DNA of 60,000 nt from NCBI GenBank assembly GCA_038087875.1, contig CM075989.1, forward strand, positions 10,542,001 through 10,602,000, read 5' to 3'. A program made the translations under genes and the position numbers. This DNA is from Malacoraja senta. Its lineage: Eukaryota. Shown here one piece after another: positions 12,767-24,819 of the stretch. Below the pieces are notes generated by a model, which saw only the letters and a program-made list of their open reading frames with translations, had not been told where the DNA came from and searched no databases. Position 1 is the stretch's first letter. Every line of letters starts with the position of its first letter.

Positions 12767-13309
12767 CTACACTACATCCATTTCTGCCTATTCATTACCT
12801 GATGAAAGGTTACCAGCTCTCAGTGCAAACACTGGGATAAATCCCTCTTTGTAACCTTTCGACATTACCTCATACATCAGGCTTTTTAAAAAAATGATTA
12901 ATTTTTATATCCTCCTCAAATTGGCTCAGGAATGTCATATAAAAATGTGACATTGTCCCAGTGTGCAGTGCGGCTCTGAAATATAACTCAGTCTGCATCC
13001 TGCAGAATTTCAGCCCATTTTCACCTTATTTCTTGCAGCTTCAAATGAGATGAAACAGCATTGCTGAGCCCTTAGTAATATCCTTCAGCAGACCTGTAAT
13101 AAGATAGTGAACAGTATTAATCGCCTTCCCTCTGCCTGTAAGGGCATGCTGGCAAACAGTAAGACACTTATTGATAAAACAGGATTCCTGGAATACCTAT
13201 CTAAGAACCAAAATGATGTGTTTTAAGGTTTTTTTTTGCAATCAATCATTTTCTGCAGGATGGAAAAATGTATAATTAAAGCAATCATTGAGGATGCAAA
13301 GAATGTGGA

Positions 13310-13790
13310 CGAGACTGGCAAGGCTAGTAGTTATTGCCTATCTCTAATTGCACATGAGAAAGTGGTGGTGAGCCACCATTTTGAATTGCTGCAGTGTTGT
13401 TGAGCCAGTGCTGCTGGCCAAGGAGCTCCAGGATTTAGACCCAGCAATGATGAAGGGACGGCAATATGTTTCTCTGGTCAGGATGATGTGTGACTCAGAG
13501 GGGAAACTATAGGTGGTGATGTTCCCATGCGCCTGCTACCCCTGTCCTTCTTGGTGGTAGAGATCATGTGTTGGGGAGGTGTGGCTGGAGTAGCCTCGAC
13601 AAGTAACTGTACTGCATTGTGTAGATGGTACACACTGGAGCCACTGTATGCCACTGGTGGTGGGAATGAATACTTGGGGAGGTGGTTGGGATGCCAATCA
13701 AATGGGCTGCTTTGTCCTGGATGGCGTCAAGCTTCTCGAGAGTTGTCGGAGCTGCATTCATCCAGGCCAACAGCGAGTATTTCACCACTT
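13310..13790 (-). mobile_element. CR1-like LINE (second family) 3' fragment
   Basis: Minus-strand translation VKYSLLAWMNAAPTTLEKLDAIQDKAAHLIG matches the same region in 25500-25620 and 56220-56320. Confidence 0.75.
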
Positions 13791-14715
13791 GAGATTTAAA
13801 AATTATTCCTTTTCTGATCTCCCCTGCCTATTCCTGCAGCCCTCCCGCAGATGTTAACTCATGGACAGCACGCCATGGTTTCAGGCACTGTACTAGCTGC
13901 CTTCTTCATATCTCCTGCTCTTAACTCAATGTTCCAGACTGCGGTTAGCAGGCTATTCCACCATAGTCTACATCACAACCAAGACCGTTCCCAATCCGGC
14001 ACCCATGGGATTTCCAGCAGGGGTGACAGGGAAAAGTCTGAAGCACCAACCCAGGCTGAATTAACTGTTGGGTGGGAGCAGCAGCCCCTGGAGTTGGTTC
14101 TGAGATCAGCACAAACTGGGTCAAACAAGTGCTCTTATAATTTGTATGGAAACACATTTCTAAGAGTAGCATTCTACCACAGCATAATGATGAGTTGAAA
14201 TGCTCGCAACCGAATACAGTTTGCGTCACAAGGTTTCTTTTATTAAACCTATTCCCCACCCCCAACTGAACAGTTCCATGTGTTCCTGATCCTGGAATTA
14301 TAGAGAGGGTTTTACCACATTTATCCCTTGAATGCTTTGTATTTTAGCATCATTACAACAGTGGCAACAAACATGAGAACATAAAATATAGAAGGGCTCT
14401 GGGGACTGTTCTACCAGTTAATAAGATCACCACTGGTCGTCAACCTCAAATCTATGTTCCCCCGCTCCTCCTCTCTGATCCACATGTCCCGTATTTCCCC
14501 CAGTGCCCCAAAAAATTAACCTCAATCCTAAATGTACTCCACGATGGCCTCTACCACCCTCCAGGGGAGAGAATTCCAAAAATTCGTAACCCTCAAGTGG
14601 AGAATTTTCTCCTCACTTCACTTCAAATTTTACATCATTGACTTTAAAGCACTTCAAGATATCCTGAGGTTGAAAAAGGTGGAAATGAATAATAAAGTAA
14701 AATATCATTTATAAA

Positions 14716-14902
14716 AGGTAGACAAAAATGCTGGAGAAACTCAGCGGGTGAGGCAGCATCTATGGAGCGAAGGAAATAGGCAACGTTTCGGCCCGAAACG
14801 TTGCCTATTTCCTTCGCTCCATAGATGCTGCCTCACCCGCTGAGTTCCTCCAGCATTTTTGTCTACCTTCGATATTCCAGCATCTGCAGTTCCTTCTTAA
14901 AC
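14716..14902. mobile_element. Young Penelope-derived fold-back insert
   Basis: ~75-bp near-perfect inverted arms centred on tttcggcccgaaa; 14-bp TSD atatcatttataaa at 14702-14715 and 14903-14916. Confidence 0.85.
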
Positions 14903-15019
14903 ATATCATTTATAAAGCTGGTTTTCCTTCTTGTTTCTCTCTTTCATTCTCCCTCCATTTCTCTTTTTTTTTTTCTTTCACTCTTTTTCTTTTTCTTTTC
15001 CTTTTGCTGTCTCTTTCCC

Positions 15020-15425
15020 AATTCCCAGGCTGGGACTCTATCCTTGGAGCGCAGGAGGACAAGGTGTATAAAATCACGAGAGGAATAGATTAGGTAGATG
15101 CACAGAGTCTCTTGCACAGAGAAGGTGAATCGAGAACCAGAGGACATAGGTTTAAAGTGAAGGGGGAAAGATTTAATGGGAATCTGAGGGGTAACATTTT
15201 CACACAAATGGTGGTGGGTATATGGAACGAGCTGCCAGAGGAGGTAGTTGAGGCAGGAACTATTGCAACATTTAAGAAACAATTAAACAGGTACATGGAT
15301 AGGACAGTTTGGAGGGATATGGGTCAAACGCAGGCAGGTGGGACTAGTATAGACTGGACATGTTGGTCGGTGTGGGAAAGTTGGGCTGAAGGGCCTGTTT
15401 CCATGCTGTATGACTCTATGACTGT
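15020..15425 (+). mobile_element. CR1 LINE 3' end (HER1-like)
   Basis: Translation SRTRGHRFKVKGERFNGNLRGNIFTQMVVGIWNELPEEVVEAGTIATFKKQLNRYM is a CR1 ORF2 C-terminus; tail gggcctgtttccatgctgtatgactctatgact. Confidence 0.9.
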
Positions 15426-16857
15426 AATACATTCATTAAAGAGGAACTTGACAAAGAAAATGGAGGCCAGCTATGCTGATGGGGAACACATATTTGGTTA
15501 TGATTTTGATGGGAATCGATGAGTAATTGTAAGCTTTTGGAAACTGGCTAGTGTGTCCTTGGAACTGTTGAAGATTTGGCATGAATTCCCCATGAATTTG
15601 CTAGTTGTTATCTAAAGGTGATCACAGGGCAAGATGGTGAACAGAGTTTTCTTTTGGTGGGAATCAAACACTGACCAGAGTGAGTCAAAGCTGCGGCCTT
15701 ACTAGCTTGTTGTAAAATATGTTACTGGAAGTAACTAACCTACCAGATGCTGTTTCTGTCTAAAAAGAGTCCCAATCGGAAACATCGCCAAACCATGTTC
15801 TCCAGGGATGCTGCTTTATCTCCAGCACTTTGTATTTTTAACCTATCAGGACATTACTCAGATAGACAAAGAAAGTATTTGCATTTGTGTAGTTGCATTT
15901 GTGTAGTTGCGTGAATTCAGGACAACCCACGACATTTTACAGTTGATGAAGGACGGCAAAAGGTGCAATTTAGGATATGCGGCAGCCATCTTGTGTACTG
16001 GTTTCTCCCAGCAATCATCAGCGATTGTTTTCAAAGAGAAGTATATCTTTGTGTCCTTCACCTCTAACCCACCCACCCTGCCGAGGAGATCACCATGTTA
16101 AATACTGCCTTGCTGCTTTGTGTTTGCTCTTTTGATGATGGTGAGCAGAACAATGGGATGATCCGTCCAGTCCCCACTAGTGCAGTTCGTTTGAAATAAA
16201 GGAGCTGCTATTTCTGACAGCACCGGGCATGGGGTGGGGGGTGGAGGGAGCATAGAACTTGGCGTTGGGGAGCTGTGAAATGGGCTGGATGTGAGGTGTG
16301 CATTTCAGTCAAGGCTGGCTGAACGGATCTCGACTCCTGAGCAGAGACACTAGTGTTGATGACATCTCTGTCTGTACAGCACTGTGGTGAGATATTTACA
16401 CCTTACTAAAATTAAAAAGGGCCTTGATGAGACCACACCTGGTATTATGTACAATTTTGGTCTCCCTCCCACGAAAAGAATACAATTGCCAAAGAGGGAG
16501 GGACTGGTTCCAGGATGGAACCATTCCCAGTTTTTCAAAAACACCGGGGCGTATCTTGTTTTCTGGATTCAGTGGTTCTGACTGGAGCTCTGTGTGCTGT
16601 GCCATTGAATTTACATTCGTTCATAGAATCAGAGATTTATAGAATATATTCAATGCAGCAGGGGTCCATTCAGCCCATTGGGTCTCTGCTCATAAAAGAG
16701 CTCTTCAACCTATCCTACCATTCAGCACAGAATCCACAGCTCCGCAGGTCACTGCTTTCCAAGTAGACAACCAAGTACTGTTTAGATTTAATAAGTGTTT
16801 CTGCTTCTCCTGCTGTTTTAGGCAGTGAGTTTCAGGTCCCCACCACCCAGCATGACA

Positions 16858-17188
16858 TGGCACGGCACAGTGGTACAGCGGTAGAGTTGCTGCCTTACAG
16901 CACCAGAGTCCCAGGTTCGATCCTGACTATGGGTGCTGTCTGTATGGAGTTTGTACGTTCTCCCTGTGACCGCGTGGGTTTTCTCCGAGATCTTCGGTTT
17001 CCTACCACACTCCAAAGACGTACAGGTTTGTAGGTTAATTGGCTTGGTATAAATGTAAATTGTTCCTAGTGTGTGTTGGATAGTGCGCGCGGGGGGGTGG
17101 GGTGGGATCGCTGGTCGGTGCAGACGTGGTGGGCTGAAGGGCCTATTTCCACGCTGTATCTCTAAACTAAACTAATACTAAGCTAAAC
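16858..17188 (+). mobile_element. HE1-type V-SINE, full length
   Basis: A-box-like gtggtacagcggtaga, B-box ggttcgatcc, CR1-type tail, (ctaaa)n end. Confidence 0.9.
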
Positions 17189-17189
17189 T

Positions 17190-17620
17190 CTCTGAGTCAT
17201 TGTGTCAGAGAGCTATGCAGCACAGAAACAGGTCCTTCAGCCCACCTGGTCCATGCCAGCGATGTAGGTGTTCCGGGCTAGTCCCATTGCCAGCATTTGG
17301 CCCATGTCCCTCTAAACCTTTCCTATCCATACATCTGTCCAAATATCCTTTGAAGTACAAATATTTTATTTCATATCCTCCCAAATTATTCAAGCAAATA
17401 CTGTATGTGCCTGATCATTGCCTCATTTATGAAGGAAAACAAGATCATAGAATGACAGAGAGAGCCCGAGAAGTTTTCAGCACAGAAACAGGGTCTTTTG
17501 ATCCCACCTCGTCCAATGCAACCATGATGAGGTCCAAGCTAATCCCATTGTCGTATTTTAGGTCCGAATCCCTCCTCAGCTATCCTGTTCAAGTAGCTGT
17601 CTAAATGCCTTTTGATGCCG
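17190..17620 (-). mobile_element. Two CR1 3'-tail fragments
   Basis: cagcacagaaacaggtccttcagccc...ctagtcccatt pattern occurs twice. Confidence 0.65.
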
Positions 17621-18439
17621 CAGATTGTGGATTTGTGAAGAGTGTCTATAGAAAGATGCAAAAGTCCTGGTCTCGGTTCATCCCGAACAGCTTTGTAACA
17701 GAGGACTCTCTGATTTACGCACTACTCCCAGGAACACATAGGGAGACAGATATCTTGAGCTGGAGAAAAGCCATCACCATTTTTGTTAAAGTCATCAAAA
17801 CTACTAAACTATGATTTTGCTGGGAATGGGGGTCAGTGATGATGGGTTAGTGGGGTTAGTTATGTAGTGAGGTTAGTGAAGACTGGGGAGGGGTTGCTGT
17901 TGGGCGAGAGATGTGTTGGCCATTTGACCATGTTGGTGATTCTGGGCAACATGTCTAAAGTCAGCCCATCCACCCTGTTTCTCTATCCCCAGGCACTGCC
18001 TGACCAATTGAGCATCTTTATAATGTTCTGTTCTTATTTCAGATTTCTATTTTATTTCTGTGTCAAAGTGTAGGGCGGTGTTAACTTACCCAATCATGGA
18101 GTCATCTTTCCATGTGACAAATATTATGGTATTAGTCTTTAGGTAGTCATGGTAATAATCACTGCATTACCTAATGCCAATCAGTAAAGGGGCCAGTGAG
18201 AGCATTAACAAATGTTATGAGATAAACTGCTCGTGGCTGGTGCCTGTTACCAACCCTCCCAGTCATGGATATGTGGATCTAGTGAGCTGTAAGTTTAAAG
18301 TTGAATTTGCACTTAGCTCATCGAGTTCAAATGAGGCTTCTAAACTCCACCACCCAACACATGACCCCAGTTCATTCTGCTATTCATGAGTGGATAGACA
18401 GTCTACATCAAGGGGCAAGGAACAAAAACAGGCCTTAAA

Positions 18440-19175
18440 GACTGAGGGTATGGCCTAAGAGAGGGAGAGAGGGGGAAAAGGTGGGAGGTAAGGTGCAGAG
18501 GAGTAGGCCATTGGTATTGAGTGGTGGAAGATAAGGGGAAGATGGGTGAGAAATGGTGTGGTTAGGAAAAAGGTGGGAGCTGAGGGGAAGAGGGGTAGAT
18601 GCATACTGCGGAGAGAAGTGGGAGGTTCTGGGGCTAGAGATGATGAGCCAGATTAGGAGTTGACGGGTGTGAGGTGAAGAGGAGAGGGGTGACAAATGAA
18701 GCAGGGAGGGTAGGAGGTGAGGAGTGGGGGAGAGAAGTGGAAGGTGAGGTGAAGAGAGGTGAGATGGAGAGGTGAAGGTATGGTAGTGGTAGATGAGGAG
18801 GACGTGTGTGAAATAAAGAGGAGGGGATGGAAGATGGAGAGCAGAAGAGCGTAAAATCATGAAGGGGAAGGAGATTGCACGCGAGGGAATAGAGGTAAGA
18901 AAAGAAGAGGGACGGGGCTGGACGGTGAGGAGAGAGATTGTGGTGAGGGAACAGAGGTGTGGGAGGTGAAGGGAAAGGGGGCAGAAGGTGAGGAAGAAAG
19001 GGGCAGACCTGAAGGAAGAAAGATGATGGTTGAAGAGGTGCAGTGGAGCAGGTGTGGTGGTGAGAAGTGGAGGGCATGGGTGGGGAAGGCAGGAGATGAA
19101 GAGAGATATGTAGAAGGATGAGAAGTGGGATGTGGTGAGAGAGGACAATCCATAGGAGAGTGAGAGTGGGAGCAT
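18440..19175. repeat. Long degenerate polypurine (GA-rich) tract
   Basis: ~730 bp that is nearly all G/A on the plus strand. Confidence 0.9.
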
Positions 19176-21619
19176 CAGAAAATCCCACGGTCCTCTTGAT
19201 TCCGACTGCTGTCAACCTGATATTAAGTGCTCTACGCAGGACATGCAGTGTCACAGAGCTGTGTGTCAGTGGGTCTCAATTATTACGTGAAAACGTGGGG
19301 AGAGAGGGGTGGAGATGTTTATAGGGGAGTAGGGCAGCAGGAGGCTGGTGACCTTAGTGGTCACTTGCCCCGTGCCTTAGATTTATTCTCTCTCTCTCAC
19401 ACTCTCCTTCGCTTCCCCTTCCCCTCTCCCCCTCTCCCCCTCTCCCCCTCTCCCCCTCTCCCCCTCTCCCTCTCCCACTCCCACTCCCTCATAATGCCTC
19501 TCCAAAAGCTGTGGGAGAATCATACCCACAGGGACTGCAGTAGTTCACCACTACTTTCTCAAGAGCAATAAGGATAAGCAGTAAATATCAACCTTGCCGT
19601 AAATCCAAGATCACAGGATGAGGATATTTTTAAAGATTCTAAAATCAGATGGTATAGAAGGAGGCCATTCAGCCCTTTGTCCCAGTGCTTGTCCAAGAGA
19701 GAACTTGCAAGAAAGGGACAGAAAGCAAGGCAACTCCTCTGGGAGGTGACGTTGGTTGGTTTACTGATGTTCTGTTGAGAATGAGATTGCTGGTTCCTGA
19801 CTGGGCCAGAGATTGCATGAGTGGAAGGCAAGAGCTACGCCAGTTCTTGGTGCCTCTGTGATCTCCTCGTCTGGTGTCAACTGGCAGAAATTGCCAGAGG
19901 AGAACTGTAATTGACCCTTGATGTTATTGACCCTCATTTTTCAGTTTTTTTCTGTTCTTCCCATTAGTTATCAGCAGAGGGTGTGCCACGAAGCTCCTGT
20001 CATTATAACTCACCTTTGTCTACTTAAACTTGCCCGCAAAGCATCTGCCTCATTTGATCCTGACTGGAGGAGGAATCCTGATGCCTAGTTTAGGGCGGTG
20101 TGGAGAGAGTCTTAGTATGAGAGAGAGTGAGGTCGAGTGTGTGAGAGAGAGAGGTAGAGAAAGAGACAAGGAGGAGAGAAAGAGAGCAGATAGAAGACTG
20201 GGCAGAGAGAGGGAAGATCTCAAATCAGGTTGAATTCCAACCTGTTAAATCTCTTTCAGCCATGATTTCCTATTCTCCTTGCTTCTCATTCCATTCAACA
20301 GGGGACTATTGAGGAACAAGAGTGAATAGGAAAATTCTCAGTATGGCTGGCAAATGTGAGGCATCACAGGGAAAGCGGCTCCTGGTGGAGAAAGTGCCGC
20401 TTTCTCCATTAGCCGGCTTTGAAGGAGAGATGGGGGAATTTTCTACATCCGAAATATCCTGTCACAGGCGAGCTCGGGCTGAGTCTGGCACCGCAGAGTG
20501 GCTGGGGGAATCAAAGAGTGCTTCTGCACTGTATGCCCAGGGAGTCTACATCAGTGGGGAGTTGGGAGTTAAGTAAACACTTACAGAATGACTGGCCATC
20601 AAGGAGGCCATAAAATAAAGCCAACAGCCTTCCCTTCACACCCTGTTGACATAGTTAGTAAACAATTTTCTCCTGAGTCTTGCCTCACATTCAGAATAGA
20701 ACTCAGTGTGAGCAAAAACTTCAAAGTTATGTTTGGTAGCAAAGACATCTTGATATATAGGACGTGGCAGGCATCCATGGTTGGCTATAAAGGGAACTAC
20801 ACACATGCTGGATCAGGTCATATATAACTTCTGCAGACTGGAGTCAATCAAGTTGTGAAGTACAGATTGCCACCAACCTCTGCCTAATTTACCACACTGT
20901 TATTAAGACTGAATGCGTGTTAATACCAAGAAAGACTAGAGGAAAGTTCCCTGCCTCAGACTTTCCATAACAGTGAAAACCAACTCTGTCTTACAACAGT
21001 TGAGACCTGTGTGTCGTCTGGTCTGGAGGTGAATATTTTGGGGACACTTTAGAAAAGCCAGTGTCCACAAATATTCACAAAGAGCGCGAGTGTCACAGAA
21101 AGGAGAGATATATGTCGGCATCAAGTTACACGTGGACAGGGAGGGAAAAAGAAAAGGGAAATCATTAACACTAGCGACTAAAACACAGAGACACTATACT
21201 TGATTTCAAGACCCACTCGAGCAAAATTCTCAAAAAAATTCAACACTTTGTCACCATCAAATCCACTTCATGTGAGTCTTCAATTAAAATTGCATATAAA
21301 TCTTAGCTTGTCCTTTCCCGACACTGGCTGGTATCTATTCCGTGACTCTACACAGGCTCTATTTATTATAGGGAAATACACCTGTGGTGAGGTAATTCCT
21401 CGCAAGGAAAGGGGGATGGGCCAGGTGCACTTTGGGAGGAAATTGCTCGTTTTATTTTCCTAATTTGCTTGCTAAATTATTATTTTTTTCTCAACTTTAA
21501 ACATTCGGAGCTCATCTTTTCAGGCCTCCTGGAAGCCCTCAATGGCATCATTTACCCACTACAAATCAGACGATTGCTCCCTGGATTAATGATCCTTGAG
21601 CAACTCTGTACTTTTATAT

Positions 21620-23175
21620 CGTCAAGTCAAGTTTTATTCGTCACTTGCACATAAAGTGCAAGTGAAATGAATTTGCCAGCAGCGGTACAATGATAAAGAA
21701 CACACAATACACAATAAAAATTGAACACAAACATCCACCACAGCATTCATCACTGTGGTGGAAGGCACAAAAATTGGCCAGTCCTCCTCCATTTCCCCCC
21801 GTGGTCGGGACCGCAACCCTCCGCAGTCCAGATGTTCAGACAAAGTAAGTCCAGATAAATCCTGAATCGGTGCCCCCCCACCGGAGACCGCGGCTTCAAG
21901 TTGGTGTAGGCTGCAGGCCGGCAGTTGAAGATTTAAAGTCCCCGCTGCGCCGCAGCCAGAAGGACCGCAGGGCCAGCGGTCGGAGCTCCTCTCCAGGGAT
22001 ACCCAGCGAGGGACCCTGCTCAGGATGGTAAGTCCACGCCGCGCCTGCGGTACATGTTGGCCGCGGCCGGCAGTCGGAGCTCCAACGAGGGATCCCAGGC
22101 CCAGGACACCGCCAGCTGGAGCTCTGCAGACCGCGGCTTCAGGCTGCCACGGAGCGCTCCCTTCCAGCGACCCCCGGCGAGGGCTCGCCCGCTCCGCGAC
22201 GAAAGAGACCTCGCTCCGCCCGCTGCTGAAGCTGAAGCCCCGTGCGCGTCTCTGGGAATGGCCGCACCGATCCTTGCTGTTAGGCCACGGCAAGAGCGGA
22301 ACTCGCTATCAAAACATGGAGGGTACGGGACACAATTTTTTGGCGGCCCCGCGCGCATGCGCACACTCACACATGCGCGCGAGGCTTCGGAGGCTCAATC
22401 CAGCGCTAAATGCAGCTCAACTGCCTGTCTCATCGGGTTAACTACAGCCCTGTCTGGACTGACGGGACACCAGCGCTGCTTCTCCGCGCTGGCCATATTT
22501 CCCGCAAGTCCAGGAAGGCTGTGGGCTCACCTGGCGGGACAGGCAGAGTTAGCTGGGTTTAGCGCTGTTTCTCTGCGCTGGCCCATCTGAATCCCGACCA
22601 AAGATCCTATAGCGGAGGATCTTTGCTGCCGACCTCGCTGGGGGGGGGGGCACTCGTGAGGGGACAGGACAGCGCCAGAGACCTGGCCGGATAGATCCTG
22701 GCTCCTCTAGTATCTTTGATCCTGCCTGCGGATGAGGCGCAGGTCTGTGCCACGTCTCCCTCCACCAATCATTGCGCTGAATCATGTCCCGCCCCCATTG
22801 CCTGCTGACCGGCGTCTCTCTCGTCCAATCAGCGCCCTCGATCATCAGTCCCACTGTCTCGCGGAAAGCGGAGATTTTAACATTCGGATCACAAAAACTT
22901 TGGCCCACCTCTCAAAACATGGGGGGGGGGACGTGTCCCCTCTGGCCCCCCCGGGTTTTCTGCCCCTGGGCCACGGGGGAGGCGACATGGAAAAAGTCGC
23001 CTCTCCATGGAGGAGGCGACTGAAGCAGTTTCCCCCTTACCCCCCCACACCACCCTCAACACAAGACACACAGAGAGACATTAAAAACACACATTAAGAC
23101 ACACTAAAAAAATGAAACAAGTAGAAAAAACTAACACGCTGCTGGCAGGGCTGCCGGCTAGCAGTGCCCCCACCG
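21620..23175 (-). mobile_element. GC-rich non-coding retroelement, interrupted by a DNA transposon
   Basis: Both ends homologous to 6386-7321; possible 10-bp TSD actYttatat at ~21610 and ~23176. Confidence 0.75.
22291..22968. mobile_element. Non-autonomous hAT-type DNA transposon
   Basis: Exact 8-bp TSD ggccacgg (22283-22290, 22969-22976); imperfect TIRs caagagcggaa / ttctgcccctg; absent from the paralogous host copy near 6585. Confidence 0.75.
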
Positions 23176-23230
23176 ACTCTTATATGTTTCAATTCGTGGA
23201 CAGCAATAAGACAGGGATGAGAATGTAGGA

Positions 23231-23355
23231 AAGAACTGCAGATGCTGGTTTAAATTGAAGGTAGACACAAAATGCTGGAGTAACTCAGCAGGACAAACAG
23301 CATCACTGGAGAGACGGAATGGGTGACGTTTCGGGTCGAGACCCTTCTTCAGACT
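23231..23355 (-). mobile_element. Penelope-derived insert with intact minimal hammerhead motif
   Basis: 13-bp TSD tgagaatgtagga at 23218-23230 and 23356-23368. Confidence 0.85.
23321..23354 (-). ncRNA. Minimal type I hammerhead ribozyme motif
   Basis: Reverse complement gtCTGAAGAa gggt ctcg accc GAAA cg TC accc: CUGANGA core, 4-bp stem II, GAAA, palindromic ACGU stem III. Confidence 0.7.
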
Positions 23356-23368
23356 TGAGAATGTAGGA

Positions 23369-24240
23369 GGTAAGATTAATAACTTTGCAGACGAAACAAA
23401 AATTGGTAGTCACATATAAAGACACAGCAGCCTATAGATCAGTTGGAAAGTTGGGCAGAGTGGTGGCAGATGGAATTTAATCCAGACAAGTGCAAGGTAT
23501 TACATTTTGGGTGGTCAAATTCTGGTCGGACATATAGAGTAAATGGCATGGACTTGAGGAACGTTGCTGTACAGAGAGACCATGAGACGCAAGTCCATAG
23601 CCTCTTGAAAGTGGCAACACAGGTGGATAGGTAGTGCAGGAGGCCTTCATAAGCAGAAATACTGAGTATAAGTGTTGGGATGAAATGTTGCAGTTGTACA
23701 AACATGGGTTAGATAGCACCCAAAGTATTGTGTGCAATTCTGATTGCCACACTAATGGAAGTACGTATGTGTTAGCAATAGAGAGAGTGCAGAAGAGATC
23801 AACAGGATGCTGCCTGGATTGGAAGGCTGCAGTTGGAAGAAGAGATGGGACAGGGTGGTTTTACTCTTTCTGGAACATAGGCTGATGGGGTAACCTTAGA
23901 GAGGCTTCTAAAATTATGAGGGGCCCAGATAGGATAGATGGTTAGAATTATTTCCCCAGGACAGGGGAGGGAGAGTCGAACTGGAAGGTAAGGTTCAAGA
24001 TGAGAGGTGAGAAATTTAATGGAGATCTGAGGAGTAAGTTTTTCACATAGAGAGGTGATAAATGTCTGGCATGAGCTGCCAGATGAGATGGTGGAGGCAG
24101 ATACAATTACAACATTTTAAAAATAATTTGGATAGGTATTTGCAACAGAAAAACATTGAAGGACAAATGGGATCAGCATAGGTAGGCATCATGATCAGCA
24201 TGGACAAGTTTTGTAAGAGCCTGTTTCTGTGCTGTACATT
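23369..24240 (+). mobile_element. CR1 LINE RT/3' fragment (pseudogenised)
   Basis: FADETKIG; WAEWWQMEFNPDKCKVLHFG; continues to a CR1 tail. Confidence 0.9.
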
Positions 24241-24454
24241 TTGTTTTATTTTATTAACTATGAACATTGTTGATCCTCCATCTCAAAACCATATTCCTAC
24301 TCTCTCCCGATAATCCCTTGATGTATTTTGCTTTTGTATCCATTTCCTTCTTAAATGTATACAATAACTTGATCTCTAACTCTTGATCTACAACTCTTTA
24401 CAGTAGTCGAGTCTGTTGGTTCACCAACATCTGACTGAATAAATTTCTCCTCAG

Positions 24455-24546
24455 ATTGACACAAAGTGCTGGTGTAACTCAGCGGGTCAAGCAGCATCTC
24501 TGGAAAAAAAGGATGGGTGACATTTCAGATCAAGACCCTTCTTCAA
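24455..24546 (-). mobile_element. Decayed Penelope-derived insert
   Basis: acaaagtgctggtgtaactcagcggg...caagacccttcttca. Confidence 0.7.
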
Positions 24547-24819
24547 TACCATTGACAAAGTATTTTACAGCTTCAAATTAGGCCATTTGGACAGAGTGCA
24601 TCGTGGTGACAATAGTCCACAAAGGTATCCTCTCAACTCCTGTTCATCAAATTCCTTCCATGCAAGTCCCTGCTCCTTTATTTCCTTATGTTCAAGGAAG
24701 CGAACCTCACTGGCCTTAAAACCCTTTAGGTGTGCTCGGCTTATGAAAAGGTGCAAGAGAAATGCACATCTTCCATTAAGAACTTTTATAGAAAGAATGA
24801 TAATGGTTACAGCAATCAG

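Noticed and set aside
12821..12845. miR-130/301-like seed cagtgcaa
   Set aside because: The rest of the sequence does not match the mature miRNA, and the motif overlaps a short hairpin loop
13851..14198. 115-aa ORF after an acceptor-like tract
   Set aside because: No recognisable protein similarity or clear donor
18435..19254. Longest ORFs (246 and 206 aa)
   Set aside because: Low-complexity purine tract lacks stops on the pyrimidine strand; same for ORFs at 7627-8019 and 39541-40057
20300..20576. Exon candidate after ttcaacag
   Set aside because: Stops in all three frames shortly after the acceptor; the downstream ATG ORF is unrecognised
21634..23097. Overlapping GC-rich ORFs as genes
   Set aside because: Open in several frames on both strands because of GC content, lie inside repeats, no recognisable domain; same for 6445-6926
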